From Bacteroidota bacterium (GTDB taxonomy: Bacteria > Bacteroidota > Bacteroidia > AKYH767-A > OLB10), in NCBI GenBank assembly GCA_031421935.1, contig JANOPQ010000262.1, positions 12,649 through 76,648 of the forward strand: a DNA stretch of 64,000 bases, read 5' to 3'. Made by a program: the position numbers and the translations under genes. Each line of letters opens with the position of its first letter. The stretch's first letter is position 1. Of this stretch, positions 29,389-39,084 are shown piece after piece. The notes under the pieces were generated by a model. That model was given only the letters and a program-made list of their open reading frames with translations, made no database searches and was not told the DNA's origin.

Positions 29389-30117
29389 ATGTTGCGAAAA
29401 ATTATTTTACATATCGCCAAGAAGAAAAATGCTGATTTTAGCTTGGATCCATCCTTGAGTAATGAAGTGTTATTCTCGTTTGTATTCGATAAATTTATTT
29501 CGCTGGTTCGTTCAACGAAATTTATTTTTTGTAAAAGAGAGTTGATGTTATTCGTAGGAAGCGGAGTTCGTATTCGCGGACAACGTTCTGCGCATTTTGG
29601 TAAGGCTGTGCAAATCGGTGATGGAGTGCAAATAACCGCATGGGGCACGAAAGGTTTATTTATCGGAGATTATTCGTGGATCGGAAGCTATTCATTTCTT
29701 AAAGTATCTTTTTCACTAAACGACAGTGGAAAATTTATTTCGATAGGAAGGAATGTCGGAATTGGTGAATACGCTCATCTCGGTGGAGCTGGTGGATTAA
29801 GCATTGGCGATGATTGTATTATTGGTCCTTACTTAAGTTGCCACCCAGAAAATCATCGTTTCTTAGATACACATGAATTGATTCGTTTGCAAGGAACACA
29901 ACGGAAAGGAATTTCTATTGGAAAAAATTGTTGGATAGGAGCTAAGGTAACAATTCTCGATGGTGTTCATATTGGAAATAATTGTGTAATTGCTGCAGGC
30001 GCTGTTATCAATAAGGACATGCCCGATAATGCAGTAATTGGTGGAGTGCCTGCTAGAGTCATAAGAAGTAGAAATGTCGATGAAGCTAATATCTCTTCGC
30101 AGAGAATGTCTGCTTAA
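29389..30117 (+). CDS. Hexapeptide-repeat (LbH) O-acetyltransferase
   Basis: Left-handed beta-helix repeats (IGDDCIIGPYLSC, IGKNCWIGAKVTILDGVHIGNNCVIAAGAVI) and a C-terminal GVPARVI. Start at the ATG at 29389 (MLRKIIL), 1 nt after the upstream stop. Confidence 0.85.
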   Translation: MLRKIILHIAKKKNADFSLDPSLSNEVLFSFVFDKFISLVRSTKFIFCKRELMLFVGSGVRIRGQRSAHFGKAVQIGDGVQITAWGTKGLFIGDYSWIGSYSFLKVSFSLNDSGKFISIGRNVGIGEYAHLGGAGGLSIGDDCIIGPYLSCHPENHRFLDTHELIRLQGTQRKGISIGKNCWIGAKVTILDGVHIGNNCVIAAGAVINKDMPDNAVIGGVPARVIRSRNVDEANISSQRMSA

Positions 30118-30121
30118 TAAA

Positions 30122-31390
30122 ATGGGAGAGAAAATGAATACAAATCAACAACAAACCGTTTTGGTAAGTGCTTATGCGGTGAATCCATACCATGGATCTG
30201 AAGATGGAATGGGATGGAATTTTATTCTGCAAATTGCACGATTCAATAAGGTGATTGCTGTTACACGCGAAAATACGCGATCAGATATTGAAAAGTATAT
30301 CAGCGAAAATACAAGTAAGGATTATTCAAATATTCAATTCGCTTATTATGATTTGCCTTATTGGGCACGTTTTTGGAAGAAGGGCGGTCGAGGTGCTATG
30401 TTGTACTATTACCTCTGGCAATTTTTCTTACCGCGTTTTGTAAATAAAAATAAATATAAATTTGATATTGTTCACAATTTGAATTTTCATAATGATTGGA
30501 CTCCCTCCAGTCTTTGGAAATTAGATAAGCCTTTTGTGTGGGGACCTATTGGTCATCATCCTCGCATCCCAAAGGATTATGTGTTGCATGTTTATGGCTG
30601 GAGATCCTATGTAATGGAGGAAGTAAAGTGGATGATCAAAAAATATTTTTGGAAGATGGACCCATTGCTTCGCCAAACGGTAAGTCATGCTGATCGAGTA
30701 CTTACTATGAATTCGGGAGTAGAGCAAGTGTTGGATTTACCAAAGGATAAAATTTATTATATGCCTAGTGTAAGCACAGAAGATCCAACTGATAGTATTG
30801 ACAGGAAAAGAAATTCAGATTTCACTGTACTTTCTGCCGGTCGATTTGTTCCATTGAAAGGATTTGATATTACAATCAGAGCATTTGCACGTTTTTATCA
30901 TCAACTTTCATTTGCAGAACAGAAAAAGACGAAACTCGTTTTAGTGGGTGATGGCCCCTACAAAAAGTATTTGCAAAACTTAGCTAAGGAAATGGAAGTT
31001 CAAGATCAAGTAACATTCATTGCTTGGTTGCATAGAAGTGATTATAAAAAGTTGTATAAGAAGTCGGATGTATTTTTATTTCCAAGTCATGAAGGAGCCG
31101 GAATGGTAGTAGCCGAAGCACTTTCATACGGACTTCCAGTTGTCTGTTTTCAAAACGAAGGACCTGGTGAGTTTGTATCAATGGACTGTGGCATTAGAGT
31201 TCCTTATAACCGGTATAATACCAGTGTGACCAAGTTTGCTGATGCCTTGCGCTTATTGAAGGATGATGTAGCATTATATCATTCATTGAGCTTGGGTGCA
31301 AGAAAAATGTTTCAAGAGAAGTTTAATTGGAATTTAAAAGGTGATCAGTTGAAAGATGTTTATAATGATTTATCACGTAAGGCAGGTTAA
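30122..31390 (+). CDS. Glycosyltransferase family 4
   Basis: The GT4 C-terminal core reads FLFPSHEGAGMVVAEALSYGLPVVCF. Start at the ATG at 30122 (or 30134), just after the upstream stop. Confidence 0.85.
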   Translation: MGEKMNTNQQQTVLVSAYAVNPYHGSEDGMGWNFILQIARFNKVIAVTRENTRSDIEKYISENTSKDYSNIQFAYYDLPYWARFWKKGGRGAMLYYYLWQFFLPRFVNKNKYKFDIVHNLNFHNDWTPSSLWKLDKPFVWGPIGHHPRIPKDYVLHVYGWRSYVMEEVKWMIKKYFWKMDPLLRQTVSHADRVLTMNSGVEQVLDLPKDKIYYMPSVSTEDPTDSIDRKRNSDFTVLSAGRFVPLKGFDITIRAFARFYHQLSFAEQKKTKLVLVGDGPYKKYLQNLAKEMEVQDQVTFIAWLHRSDYKKLYKKSDVFLFPSHEGAGMVVAEALSYGLPVVCFQNEGPGEFVSMDCGIRVPYNRYNTSVTKFADALRLLKDDVALYHSLSLGARKMFQEKFNWNLKGDQLKDVYNDLSRKAG

Positions 31391-32503
31391 GTGAATACAA
31401 CGAAAAGTAAAATAGTAGCAGTACATCTGCTGAATGATTTCAGTGGAAGTCCGCTGGTTTTTTCACAAGCATTAAACGCTCTGAAGGCTTCAGGTCATCC
31501 TATCGTGATTCATACGAGTAAAGGAAGATCTGGATTTTTAGATCAGGTTGAGGCATCAAAATTTTATTTTCCATATCAATTTTATTCGAATATATTCATA
31601 CGTTTGATGGCATTCACTTTTAGTCAGGTATTTTTATTTTTTCAGTTGTTAAAATATCGAAAGGAAGATGTTATCATTTATGTAAATACATTGTTGCCTT
31701 TTGGAGCCGCCTTAGCAGCATTTTGTATGAGGAAGAAAACATTTTATCATGTGCATGAAAGTTATATTCAACCAGCGCCCTTAAAGTCTTTTTTAAGATG
31801 GGTGGCCTCTTTCACTGCAGATACTATCTTTTATGTTTCAAATTATCTATATCAAGCAGAAAAAATTGGAAATGTAAATGCTTGTGTGTTACATAATGTT
31901 TTACCCCAGTCATTTGTTGATCGTGCAGCAAAGAATCTTTATTCGCCCTCAAGTAATGAAAGATTTACTGTATTAATGGTGTGTTCGTTCAAAGTATATA
32001 AGGGTGTCCCTCAGTTTGTAGAACTAGCTGCTCGTCATCCTAATTTGAATTTTGAGTTAGTGCTAAATGCTTCTAAGGTTGAAGTATGTCTTAATTTCAC
32101 ACCTCAACATATTCCATCAAATTTGTCGGTGTTTTCTGTTCAAAAGGATTTGGATTCCTTTTATTCTCGTGCAAATCTTGTCGTGAATCTAACTAATCCA
32201 AAGCAATGTATAGAAACTTTTGGTATGACACTTTTGGAAGCCATGAGTTATGGAGTACCCGTAATTGCACCTACTCAAGGTGGCCCTGCGGAAATAGTAG
32301 AGGAAACGATAAACGGTTTTCAAATTGATGTTCATGATGAAGCAACACTCGATTTTAGATTGTCTTTCTTAGCTTCAAATCCAGAGTTTATGCAGCAGTT
32401 GTCAACAGGTGCTCGTGAAACCGCAAAACGATTTGGGTCAGAGAAATTTAAGAATTCTCTAATTAATGTTTTTGATTCTTGTAATCAAGATGTAAGAAAT
32501 TAG
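31391..32503 (+). CDS. Glycosyltransferase family 4
   Basis: 370 aa with a GTG start directly after the upstream TAA. The GT4 core reads ETFGMTLLEAMSYGVPVIAPTQGGPAEIV. Confidence 0.8.
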   Translation: MNTTKSKIVAVHLLNDFSGSPLVFSQALNALKASGHPIVIHTSKGRSGFLDQVEASKFYFPYQFYSNIFIRLMAFTFSQVFLFFQLLKYRKEDVIIYVNTLLPFGAALAAFCMRKKTFYHVHESYIQPAPLKSFLRWVASFTADTIFYVSNYLYQAEKIGNVNACVLHNVLPQSFVDRAAKNLYSPSSNERFTVLMVCSFKVYKGVPQFVELAARHPNLNFELVLNASKVEVCLNFTPQHIPSNLSVFSVQKDLDSFYSRANLVVNLTNPKQCIETFGMTLLEAMSYGVPVIAPTQGGPAEIVEETINGFQIDVHDEATLDFRLSFLASNPEFMQQLSTGARETAKRFGSEKFKNSLINVFDSCNQDVRN

Positions 32504-32747
32504 AGTTTTTGTCTAATATTTATTTTCCTTTAAATGTAACCTTTTTCAACATATTGATAAACGTATATTTATAATTCAACGTTTTTTGGCTCTAATTTGA
32601 GTACATCCGAGTCTGAGGCATTTGGCAGCGTAGATCAACTCAATTTTGAAAGAACCTTCCTCTGTAAGCAATCGTACAAGAAAGGAAATTCATTCTATAG
32701 AATTGAACTAATTTATTATCGAATTTATAAGCAGAGCTCAAATAAAT

Positions 32748-33944
32748 ATGAAGTCGAAGTTAAGTGTTGCTGTGATTGGTACAACTGGTTTGCCGGCTCG
32801 TTATGGCGGATTTGAAACTTTAGCGCACCATTTGGTGGATCAGTTAGGGACAGAGGTTGATTTTACAGTGTATTGCAGTGGAAAATATTTTGAGAAGTCT
32901 TCCAAGCGGCTAACAGTTTTTAATGGCGCCAAGTTAGTCTATCTTCCTCTAAATGCGAATGGATATCAAAGTGTAATTTACGATATGATTTCCCTTGTAC
33001 ATGCTATTCGACATGCTGATGTTGTGCTAGCACTAGGAGTATCAGGTGCCATGCTCTTTCCAATATTGAAATTGTTCACAAGGAAAAAGATTTTAGTAAA
33101 CATTGATGGACAAGAATGGAAACGCCCAAAATGGAATTGGATAGCCAAAAAGGTGTTAAGTTTCAGTGAGAAATTGGCAGTTCGTTTTGCAGATGTAGTC
33201 ATCACGGATAATAAAGTTATTCAGCAATATGTACATAAGAGTTACAATCGTACTGATGCTTGGCTAATTGAATATGGTGGAGATCATGTAAGCAAGCAGC
33301 CGTTAACGAATTATCATTATGAACAATTTCCTTTTTTAAAGGAGCCGTATGCTTTCAATGTAAGTCGAATTGAACCTGAGAATAATATTCATTTGATTTT
33401 AGATGCTTTCAGTAGAGCTCCACAACAAACATTAGTAATGGTGGGTCTGTGGAATCATGGAAAGTATGGAATGGATTTGAAAGTGAAGTTTTCTAATTAT
33501 GCAAACATTCATTTGTTGGATCCGATCTATGACCAAGATCAACTGAATTCGATTCGATCGAATGCTAAGTTTTATGTGCACGGACACAGTGCCGGAGGAA
33601 CAAATCCAAGTTTAGTGGAAGCAATGTGTTTGGGATTACCCATCCTCAGCTATGGCATCGATTATAATCGTGATACAACAAATCATCGCGCACGTTATTT
33701 TAACAATGCAGAAGATCTTTTGAAACAATTATCCTATTTCGCACAAACAGATCTCTCGAAGATGGGAGTGGAGATGCAAAATTATGCAATGCAAAAATAT
33801 GCATGGCAACGCATTGCTTCCATGTATTTTGCTGCTTTTAAAGGAGAATCACAAGCAGTGGCAGAGTTGTCATTCACGATTTCAAATCAATCAGTACATG
33901 CAATTGATTTGAAAACTAATAATACTAGATCAGCTGCCGCATGA
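32748..33944 (+). CDS. DUF1972-type glycosyltransferase (GT4-like, rhamnosyl/hexosyl-transferase class)
   Basis: The N-terminal VAVIGTTGLPARYGGFETLAHHL is the DUF1972 signature. The C-terminal YVHGHSAGGTNPSLVEAMCLGLPIL fits GT1/GT4. Confidence 0.8.
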   Translation: MKSKLSVAVIGTTGLPARYGGFETLAHHLVDQLGTEVDFTVYCSGKYFEKSSKRLTVFNGAKLVYLPLNANGYQSVIYDMISLVHAIRHADVVLALGVSGAMLFPILKLFTRKKILVNIDGQEWKRPKWNWIAKKVLSFSEKLAVRFADVVITDNKVIQQYVHKSYNRTDAWLIEYGGDHVSKQPLTNYHYEQFPFLKEPYAFNVSRIEPENNIHLILDAFSRAPQQTLVMVGLWNHGKYGMDLKVKFSNYANIHLLDPIYDQDQLNSIRSNAKFYVHGHSAGGTNPSLVEAMCLGLPILSYGIDYNRDTTNHRARYFNNAEDLLKQLSYFAQTDLSKMGVEMQNYAMQKYAWQRIASMYFAAFKGESQAVAELSFTISNQSVHAIDLKTNNTRSAAA

Positions 33945-36880
33945 AGAAACTTCGCTTGCTTGTTTTAGGGTGCGGGTTGTGTACTTGCTTGCAAGCACAG
34001 CAAGTTACTACTGTGGCTGGAAGCGCTGGAGCATCAGGATTTGTTGATGGAGCTGGACCCATTGCTCGATTTAATGAACCTCATGCCGTAGCAAGTGATC
34101 CCAATGGAAATGTTTTTATCGCCGATCGACTCAATCATAGAATTCGAAAAGTGAATGCATCCGGAATCGTAAGTACCTATGCTGGAACTGGGGCTATTGG
34201 TGGTACCGATGGCCCTGCACTTTCTTCTACATTTAATGAGCCATGGGGAATTGCATGCGATGCTATCGGAAATGTATATGTTGTAGATGCTAAGAATTAT
34301 AAAATTCGAAAAATTGATAGTGGAGGTATGGTTACTACTTTAGCTGGTTCTGGAGTATTTGGAACAACAAATGGAGCAGCATCTTTGGCGCGCTTTGGCT
34401 TTCCTGCAGGTATCGCAGTAACATCAAATGGTTATACTATTTATGTTTCCGACTATAACACCCATACTATACGAAAAATTGAAAATGGTCAAGTTTCTAC
34501 CATGGCTGGAACAGTTTTCGTTTCTGGAATGAATGATGGTACTGGAGCTACTGCCACGTTCAATCATCCTTATGGTTTATGCATGACTTCATCAGGTGAT
34601 GTACTCATCGCCGATGAGTGGAACAGTGTGATTCGAAAAATGAATTCACTCGGTGTAGTAACTACAGTTGCCGGCAGTGGAATTCTAGGGAGTATAGACG
34701 GCCCGGCTATGAGTTCTCAGTTTAAATTTCCTGCAGGTATTTGTACCGATGGCATGGGCAATATTTTTGTTGCAGATGTATTGAATCATACCATTCGAAA
34801 ACTGAATGCTTCAGGAATGGTAAGTACATACGCTGGTTTAGCAGGAAATATTGGCGATGTCAATGGTAATGCAACGTTAGCCCGATTTAATAATCCAACT
34901 GGAGTTTGTTTTAATGTAATAGATCAAGGTGTATATATTGGTGATAATACAAATCAGTTATTGCGAAAAATTACGAATGTATCTTCAATTGCTTTATCTC
35001 TTTCTTTGGCAGGAGCATCAACTAGATGTTTTGGAGATCCAATCGTTTTTCAAATTAGTCCATCTAACTTAAGTAATTATACGATTAAAGAAAATTCAAT
35101 AATAGTTGGGAGTTCTTCGAATGCTACAGTAACAGTCTCCAATTTATCGGTAGGTACACATACACTGTATGCATCTGCTGTAGATGGAACGGGTGCAACC
35201 GCCAATTCTGCAAATATTACAGTTACGATTCTTCCACCCATCGTTCCTACCATTACAAGTAGTAATGGAACTGCATTATGTAACGGTGCCGCCTTAACCC
35301 TAACCGCTCAGTCAGGATCAAATTATGTATGGTCAAATGGAGCTACTTCTAATTCTATTGTTGTCAATGCTGCAGGATCTTATCAAGTGAGCGTAACGAA
35401 TGCAGCGGGTTGTAGAGGAATCTCTTTACCTTTTGTTGTTACTGTTCAAAGTAATCCAGTCGCAACCATTACCGCTGCATCCGACACCATTTGTCCAAAT
35501 CAAAGTACTTCGTTAACTGCTTCAGTTGCTAGTTCATATCAATGGTCAACAGGCGCTACAACGCAAAGTATTTCCGCAGGACCTGGTTCTTATTCAGTGA
35601 CTGTTACGAATGCCGGAGGTTGTACAGCAACGTCTTTAGTTCAAACTATTTCTGCCTTTTCAGTAAGCACGCCTGTCGTTTCTCCCGATGGAACGGTTAT
35701 ACTTTTTCAAGGTGATTCGGTATTGTTGCAAGCAACTGGAAGTTCCACATATATGTGGTCCAATGGCATTACGAGCAGTAGTATTTATGTTAACGCAACG
35801 GGAAATTATTCTGTTGTTGGAACTTCGACTAATGGATGTACTGCAACATCTACTCCAGCAAATGTGACTGTAATTTCATCATCAACCATTCTTACTGCAC
35901 AAGGTGCTACCAGTTTTTGTGATGGAAATTTTGTTCAACTACAATCGATCTTTCCAACAGGAAATCAATGGTACTATAATGGCCTTCCTTTAGCTGGTTC
36001 CAATGCACAGCAATATAATGCATACGATGATGGCTGGTATCATGTAGGGGTCTGGCAAAATAATGCTTGGATGTTTTCTGATTCTATTCGTGTAACCGTT
36101 TTCCCCACACCCGATGTTCCAAATTTAAATGATACTTCTGTTTGCAAGGGATCTTCAATTACATTGAACATCCCGTTTGTAAGTGGTGTAACTTATAAAT
36201 GGTACAATGCATTAACAGGAGGCTCTTTACTTTCTAGTGGATTGAGTTTTACTTCACCTCCACTAACTACCATGACAACTTATTATGTTGAAGCAGTGAA
36301 TTCATTTAGCTGTAATTCGGCGCGCTTGGATGTTGATGTTGTTGTTAAAGCTTTACCAGTGGCTAGCTTTACTTATTCTTCTGTTGCATCAAGTGGACAA
36401 TACAATGTTAGTTTCACATGTACTACATTGAATCCAGATTATATCACTTGGATTTTTGGCGACACCTCAATACAAGGAAACGTATCTCATCTTACAGATC
36501 CAATGTATACTTATCCAGTTGCTGGAACGTATGATGTAATACTCGTCATTGAAAATTTCTTAGGCTGTACGGATACGTTAGTGAAGAAGATCGCTGCAGG
36601 AGCTAATAATCCTGCTTTTGTTCCAACCACCTTTACACCCAATGGCGATGGGAAGAATGATATTTTCAGAGTACGTGGCGAGCAATTTACACTGGAGGCG
36701 ATGAAAATTTATGATCAGTGGGGTACATTATTATATTCTACAGATGCGTCTAATCCGCAGTGGGATGGAACCGTGAATGGAAAAACAGTGATGAATGGTA
36801 CTTATGTTTATCGCATCGTTATTCTGGATGAAAATTTTAATATACAAGAAATGACAGGTCCTGTGACTGTAATAAAATGA
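33941..36880 (+). CDS. Secreted NHL-repeat beta-propeller / Ig-like-repeat / PKD protein with a T9SS type-B C-terminal sorting domain
   Basis: Signal peptide, then six roughly 55-aa NHL blades each ending xxIRK (NHRIRKV, NYKIRKI, THTIRKI, NSVIRKM, NHTIRKL, NQLLRKI). Repeated Ig-like modules follow (WSNGATSNSIVVNAAGSYQVSVTNAAGC, and similar). The C-terminus FTPNGDGKNDIFRVRG...WGTLLYST...WDGTVNGKTVMNGTYVYRI...GPVTVIK is the gliding-motility-associated / type-B CTD. Confidence 0.88.
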   Translation: MKKLRLLVLGCGLCTCLQAQQVTTVAGSAGASGFVDGAGPIARFNEPHAVASDPNGNVFIADRLNHRIRKVNASGIVSTYAGTGAIGGTDGPALSSTFNEPWGIACDAIGNVYVVDAKNYKIRKIDSGGMVTTLAGSGVFGTTNGAASLARFGFPAGIAVTSNGYTIYVSDYNTHTIRKIENGQVSTMAGTVFVSGMNDGTGATATFNHPYGLCMTSSGDVLIADEWNSVIRKMNSLGVVTTVAGSGILGSIDGPAMSSQFKFPAGICTDGMGNIFVADVLNHTIRKLNASGMVSTYAGLAGNIGDVNGNATLARFNNPTGVCFNVIDQGVYIGDNTNQLLRKITNVSSIALSLSLAGASTRCFGDPIVFQISPSNLSNYTIKENSIIVGSSSNATVTVSNLSVGTHTLYASAVDGTGATANSANITVTILPPIVPTITSSNGTALCNGAALTLTAQSGSNYVWSNGATSNSIVVNAAGSYQVSVTNAAGCRGISLPFVVTVQSNPVATITAASDTICPNQSTSLTASVASSYQWSTGATTQSISAGPGSYSVTVTNAGGCTATSLVQTISAFSVSTPVVSPDGTVILFQGDSVLLQATGSSTYMWSNGITSSSIYVNATGNYSVVGTSTNGCTATSTPANVTVISSSTILTAQGATSFCDGNFVQLQSIFPTGNQWYYNGLPLAGSNAQQYNAYDDGWYHVGVWQNNAWMFSDSIRVTVFPTPDVPNLNDTSVCKGSSITLNIPFVSGVTYKWYNALTGGSLLSSGLSFTSPPLTTMTTYYVEAVNSFSCNSARLDVDVVVKALPVASFTYSSVASSGQYNVSFTCTTLNPDYITWIFGDTSIQGNVSHLTDPMYTYPVAGTYDVILVIENFLGCTDTLVKKIAAGANNPAFVPTTFTPNGDGKNDIFRVRGEQFTLEAMKIYDQWGTLLYSTDASNPQWDGTVNGKTVMNGTYVYRIVILDENFNIQEMTGPVTVIK

Positions 36881-39081
36881 AGAATATTTTTACATATCTT
36901 CTTTTATTTTCTTGTTGTATAACAGGATGGAAGGCGAGTGCGCAAGATCCACATTATACGCAGGCGCACCGTATTCCATCATGGTATAATCCAGCTGCTG
37001 CCGGACATGGCGTCGAGCATATTCGATTAACGATGTTATATCGCAATCAATGGTCTAGTGTGATGAGTCCATTTAAAACACAAGGCCTATTTTTTGATAA
37101 ACAAGTGAGTAAAGTAGGATTAGGAGCGAACCTTGTCAATAATTCATCTGGAGATGCTGGGATACGTCAGTTGTTTTTGAACGGTCAAATATCATATCGA
37201 TATGCCATTGGAAAAAGTGTTATTGCTTCTGGACTTCAAGTGGGATTAATCCAGAAAAGTTTTGATCCATCAAAAATGACTTTTGATGATCAGTATACTC
37301 CTGATCAAGGAGCGAATCCTGCTACGCCTACATCAGAAACTTTTTCATATACGAAGTTGACACGACCTGATTTTGGCGCTGGACTGCTGTGGACATATGG
37401 TCATCCAGGAAAGGAAAAATTTTATCCATATGCAGGTGTTTCTTTGCAACATATTAATCAACCAAAGGAAAGTTTCATAGAAGAAAATAATTTTATTCCA
37501 AGGAAATTAACAGCAAATGCCGGACTAGGAATTGTCTTAAGTGAAGCGATTACCATTACACCTATGCTCTTATTTGCTCAACAGCAATTTTCAAAAGAAT
37601 TACTGGGTGGAGTAATGGTAAAACTACCGTTAGAGGGTCGTGATAATGTGGAAGGCGGCTTGTTGTTTCGGAACAAAGACGCAGCTGCTTTGTATGCCGG
37701 TTATCAATGGAATAATTTTATGTTGGGAATGAGTTACGATGTTAACCTTTCTGGTGTGACGGGCGGTCCAGGCGCATTTGAACTCACGTTAACGTATATA
37801 CCCAAAGCCAAGGAAAAAAAGGAGCTTGCTAAGAAGAAGGAAAAAGAAAAGAAATCGGCTCCAAAAGCTAAAACGTCGACAACGAAACCGAAAACATCAG
37901 TGCCTACTTCTGGACCTAAGCCTTCCGTGGCAACGAATTCTCCTGCTCCTAAAACTCAGGAAAAAACAGTACCATCGAAAACTCCAAATTCTTCTGATAC
38001 GAAATCAGTAGTTACTACAAAGCCACCATCGGCGAAACCAGCAACGACAGCGGAAGCTATCGTTAAGCCTCCTGTTTCAACTGTACCATTTAATAATGCA
38101 CAGAAAGCGAATAACCCATCTGCAAAAGTTGTTACTCCAAATGAAAAGGTGGAAATGACAAAGGCAAATCTGAAGAATGCGAAGAATTTGCCAATATCAA
38201 GTATTGTACTTACACCTAAAAAGTCAGAGAGAAAAGCCAAACTTGTAAATATTTTACCTCTTGAAGGTCATGAATTGCCTGAAGTTGAAAATGCAACTTA
38301 CAAAGCTACGCCGAAGCGAATATATGTTTCAATACCTGTTGAGCAACCAAAAGCAGGAGATAAAAAATCTATTTCTTCATTGCCAATAGAAGAACGAGAG
38401 ATCGCTTTAATTACTCCATTGAAGTTAAAATCTACGCCAAAGACTCTTCCAGTAAAAGTTAGTCCATTACAAGTTCATAAAACAAAAGTAAAAGGTGGTT
38501 TAGGTATTCCATCTAACATGGAACCAAATACTACTTCAATTAATTCATCGCCTACAAAGGCTATTGCTTTGCCAGATGTAATAATTAAGAAAGCTGAAAT
38601 TAGTTCTGCACCAAAGGTTAAGTCAATTGGAATTCCAATCGAAAGTCCAGAATCTTTAACAACGATACCAACTACAATTACACGCGAACCTATTGTTACA
38701 ACTTTAATTTCGGATTCAGTTTTAAATTCATCATCCAATTTTGGAATAATTGAATTTAAACCTTTCAGTGCTAATGTACATGGAATTTACAAACTGGATG
38801 TTATTGAACCCGCTTTCGACTCGGTTTATTGGGATGCTGATTTATTTATAGTTATCACCGGACATACTCATAGCGAGGGCAATACTTCTGCTAACATGAA
38901 CTTGTCACAAGCACGCGCAGATGCCGTTCGCGCCATTTTCTTGAAAAAGGGACTGCCAATGGAAAAAATTCATACCATAGCTTATGGCGAAACAAAGCCA
39001 CTGAAAAATAATTTGACAGAAGAAGATAAACAGCATAACCGTAGAGTAGAAATTCACGTAATAAGAAAAAAGCATCCGTAG
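36877..39081 (+). CDS. PorP/SprF-family T9SS outer-membrane protein fused, via a roughly 300-aa K/P/T/S-rich linker, to an OmpA-like peptidoglycan-binding domain
   Basis: The N-terminus SAQDPHYTQAHRIPSWYNPAAAG plus a beta-barrel-like region to about residue 305 fits PorP/SprF. The linker runs 37804-38737 (KEKKELAKKKEKEKKSAPKAKTSTTKPKTSVPTSGPKPS...). The C-terminus ITGHTHSEGNTSANMNLSQARADAVRAIF...AYGETKP...NRRVEIHV fits OmpA_C. An ATGA overlap links it to the upstream cargo gene. Confidence 0.85.
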   Translation: MKNIFTYLLLFSCCITGWKASAQDPHYTQAHRIPSWYNPAAAGHGVEHIRLTMLYRNQWSSVMSPFKTQGLFFDKQVSKVGLGANLVNNSSGDAGIRQLFLNGQISYRYAIGKSVIASGLQVGLIQKSFDPSKMTFDDQYTPDQGANPATPTSETFSYTKLTRPDFGAGLLWTYGHPGKEKFYPYAGVSLQHINQPKESFIEENNFIPRKLTANAGLGIVLSEAITITPMLLFAQQQFSKELLGGVMVKLPLEGRDNVEGGLLFRNKDAAALYAGYQWNNFMLGMSYDVNLSGVTGGPGAFELTLTYIPKAKEKKELAKKKEKEKKSAPKAKTSTTKPKTSVPTSGPKPSVATNSPAPKTQEKTVPSKTPNSSDTKSVVTTKPPSAKPATTAEAIVKPPVSTVPFNNAQKANNPSAKVVTPNEKVEMTKANLKNAKNLPISSIVLTPKKSERKAKLVNILPLEGHELPEVENATYKATPKRIYVSIPVEQPKAGDKKSISSLPIEEREIALITPLKLKSTPKTLPVKVSPLQVHKTKVKGGLGIPSNMEPNTTSINSSPTKAIALPDVIIKKAEISSAPKVKSIGIPIESPESLTTIPTTITREPIVTTLISDSVLNSSSNFGIIEFKPFSANVHGIYKLDVIEPAFDSVYWDADLFIVITGHTHSEGNTSANMNLSQARADAVRAIFLKKGLPMEKIHTIAYGETKPLKNNLTEEDKQHNRRVEIHVIRKKHP

Positions 39082-39084
39082 TTC

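Noticed and set aside
32597-32815. 72-aa plus-strand ORF in the 245-bp gap
   Set aside because: It uses a non-ATG start, overlaps the strongly supported DUF1972 glycosyltransferase start out of frame, and has an implausible composition.
37826-38240. ORFs 37826-38011 (+) and 37956-38240 (-) inside the PorP-OmpA linker
   Set aside because: They are off-frame or antisense readings of the K/P/T/S-rich low-complexity linker. The long frame with recognisable domains at both ends explains the region.
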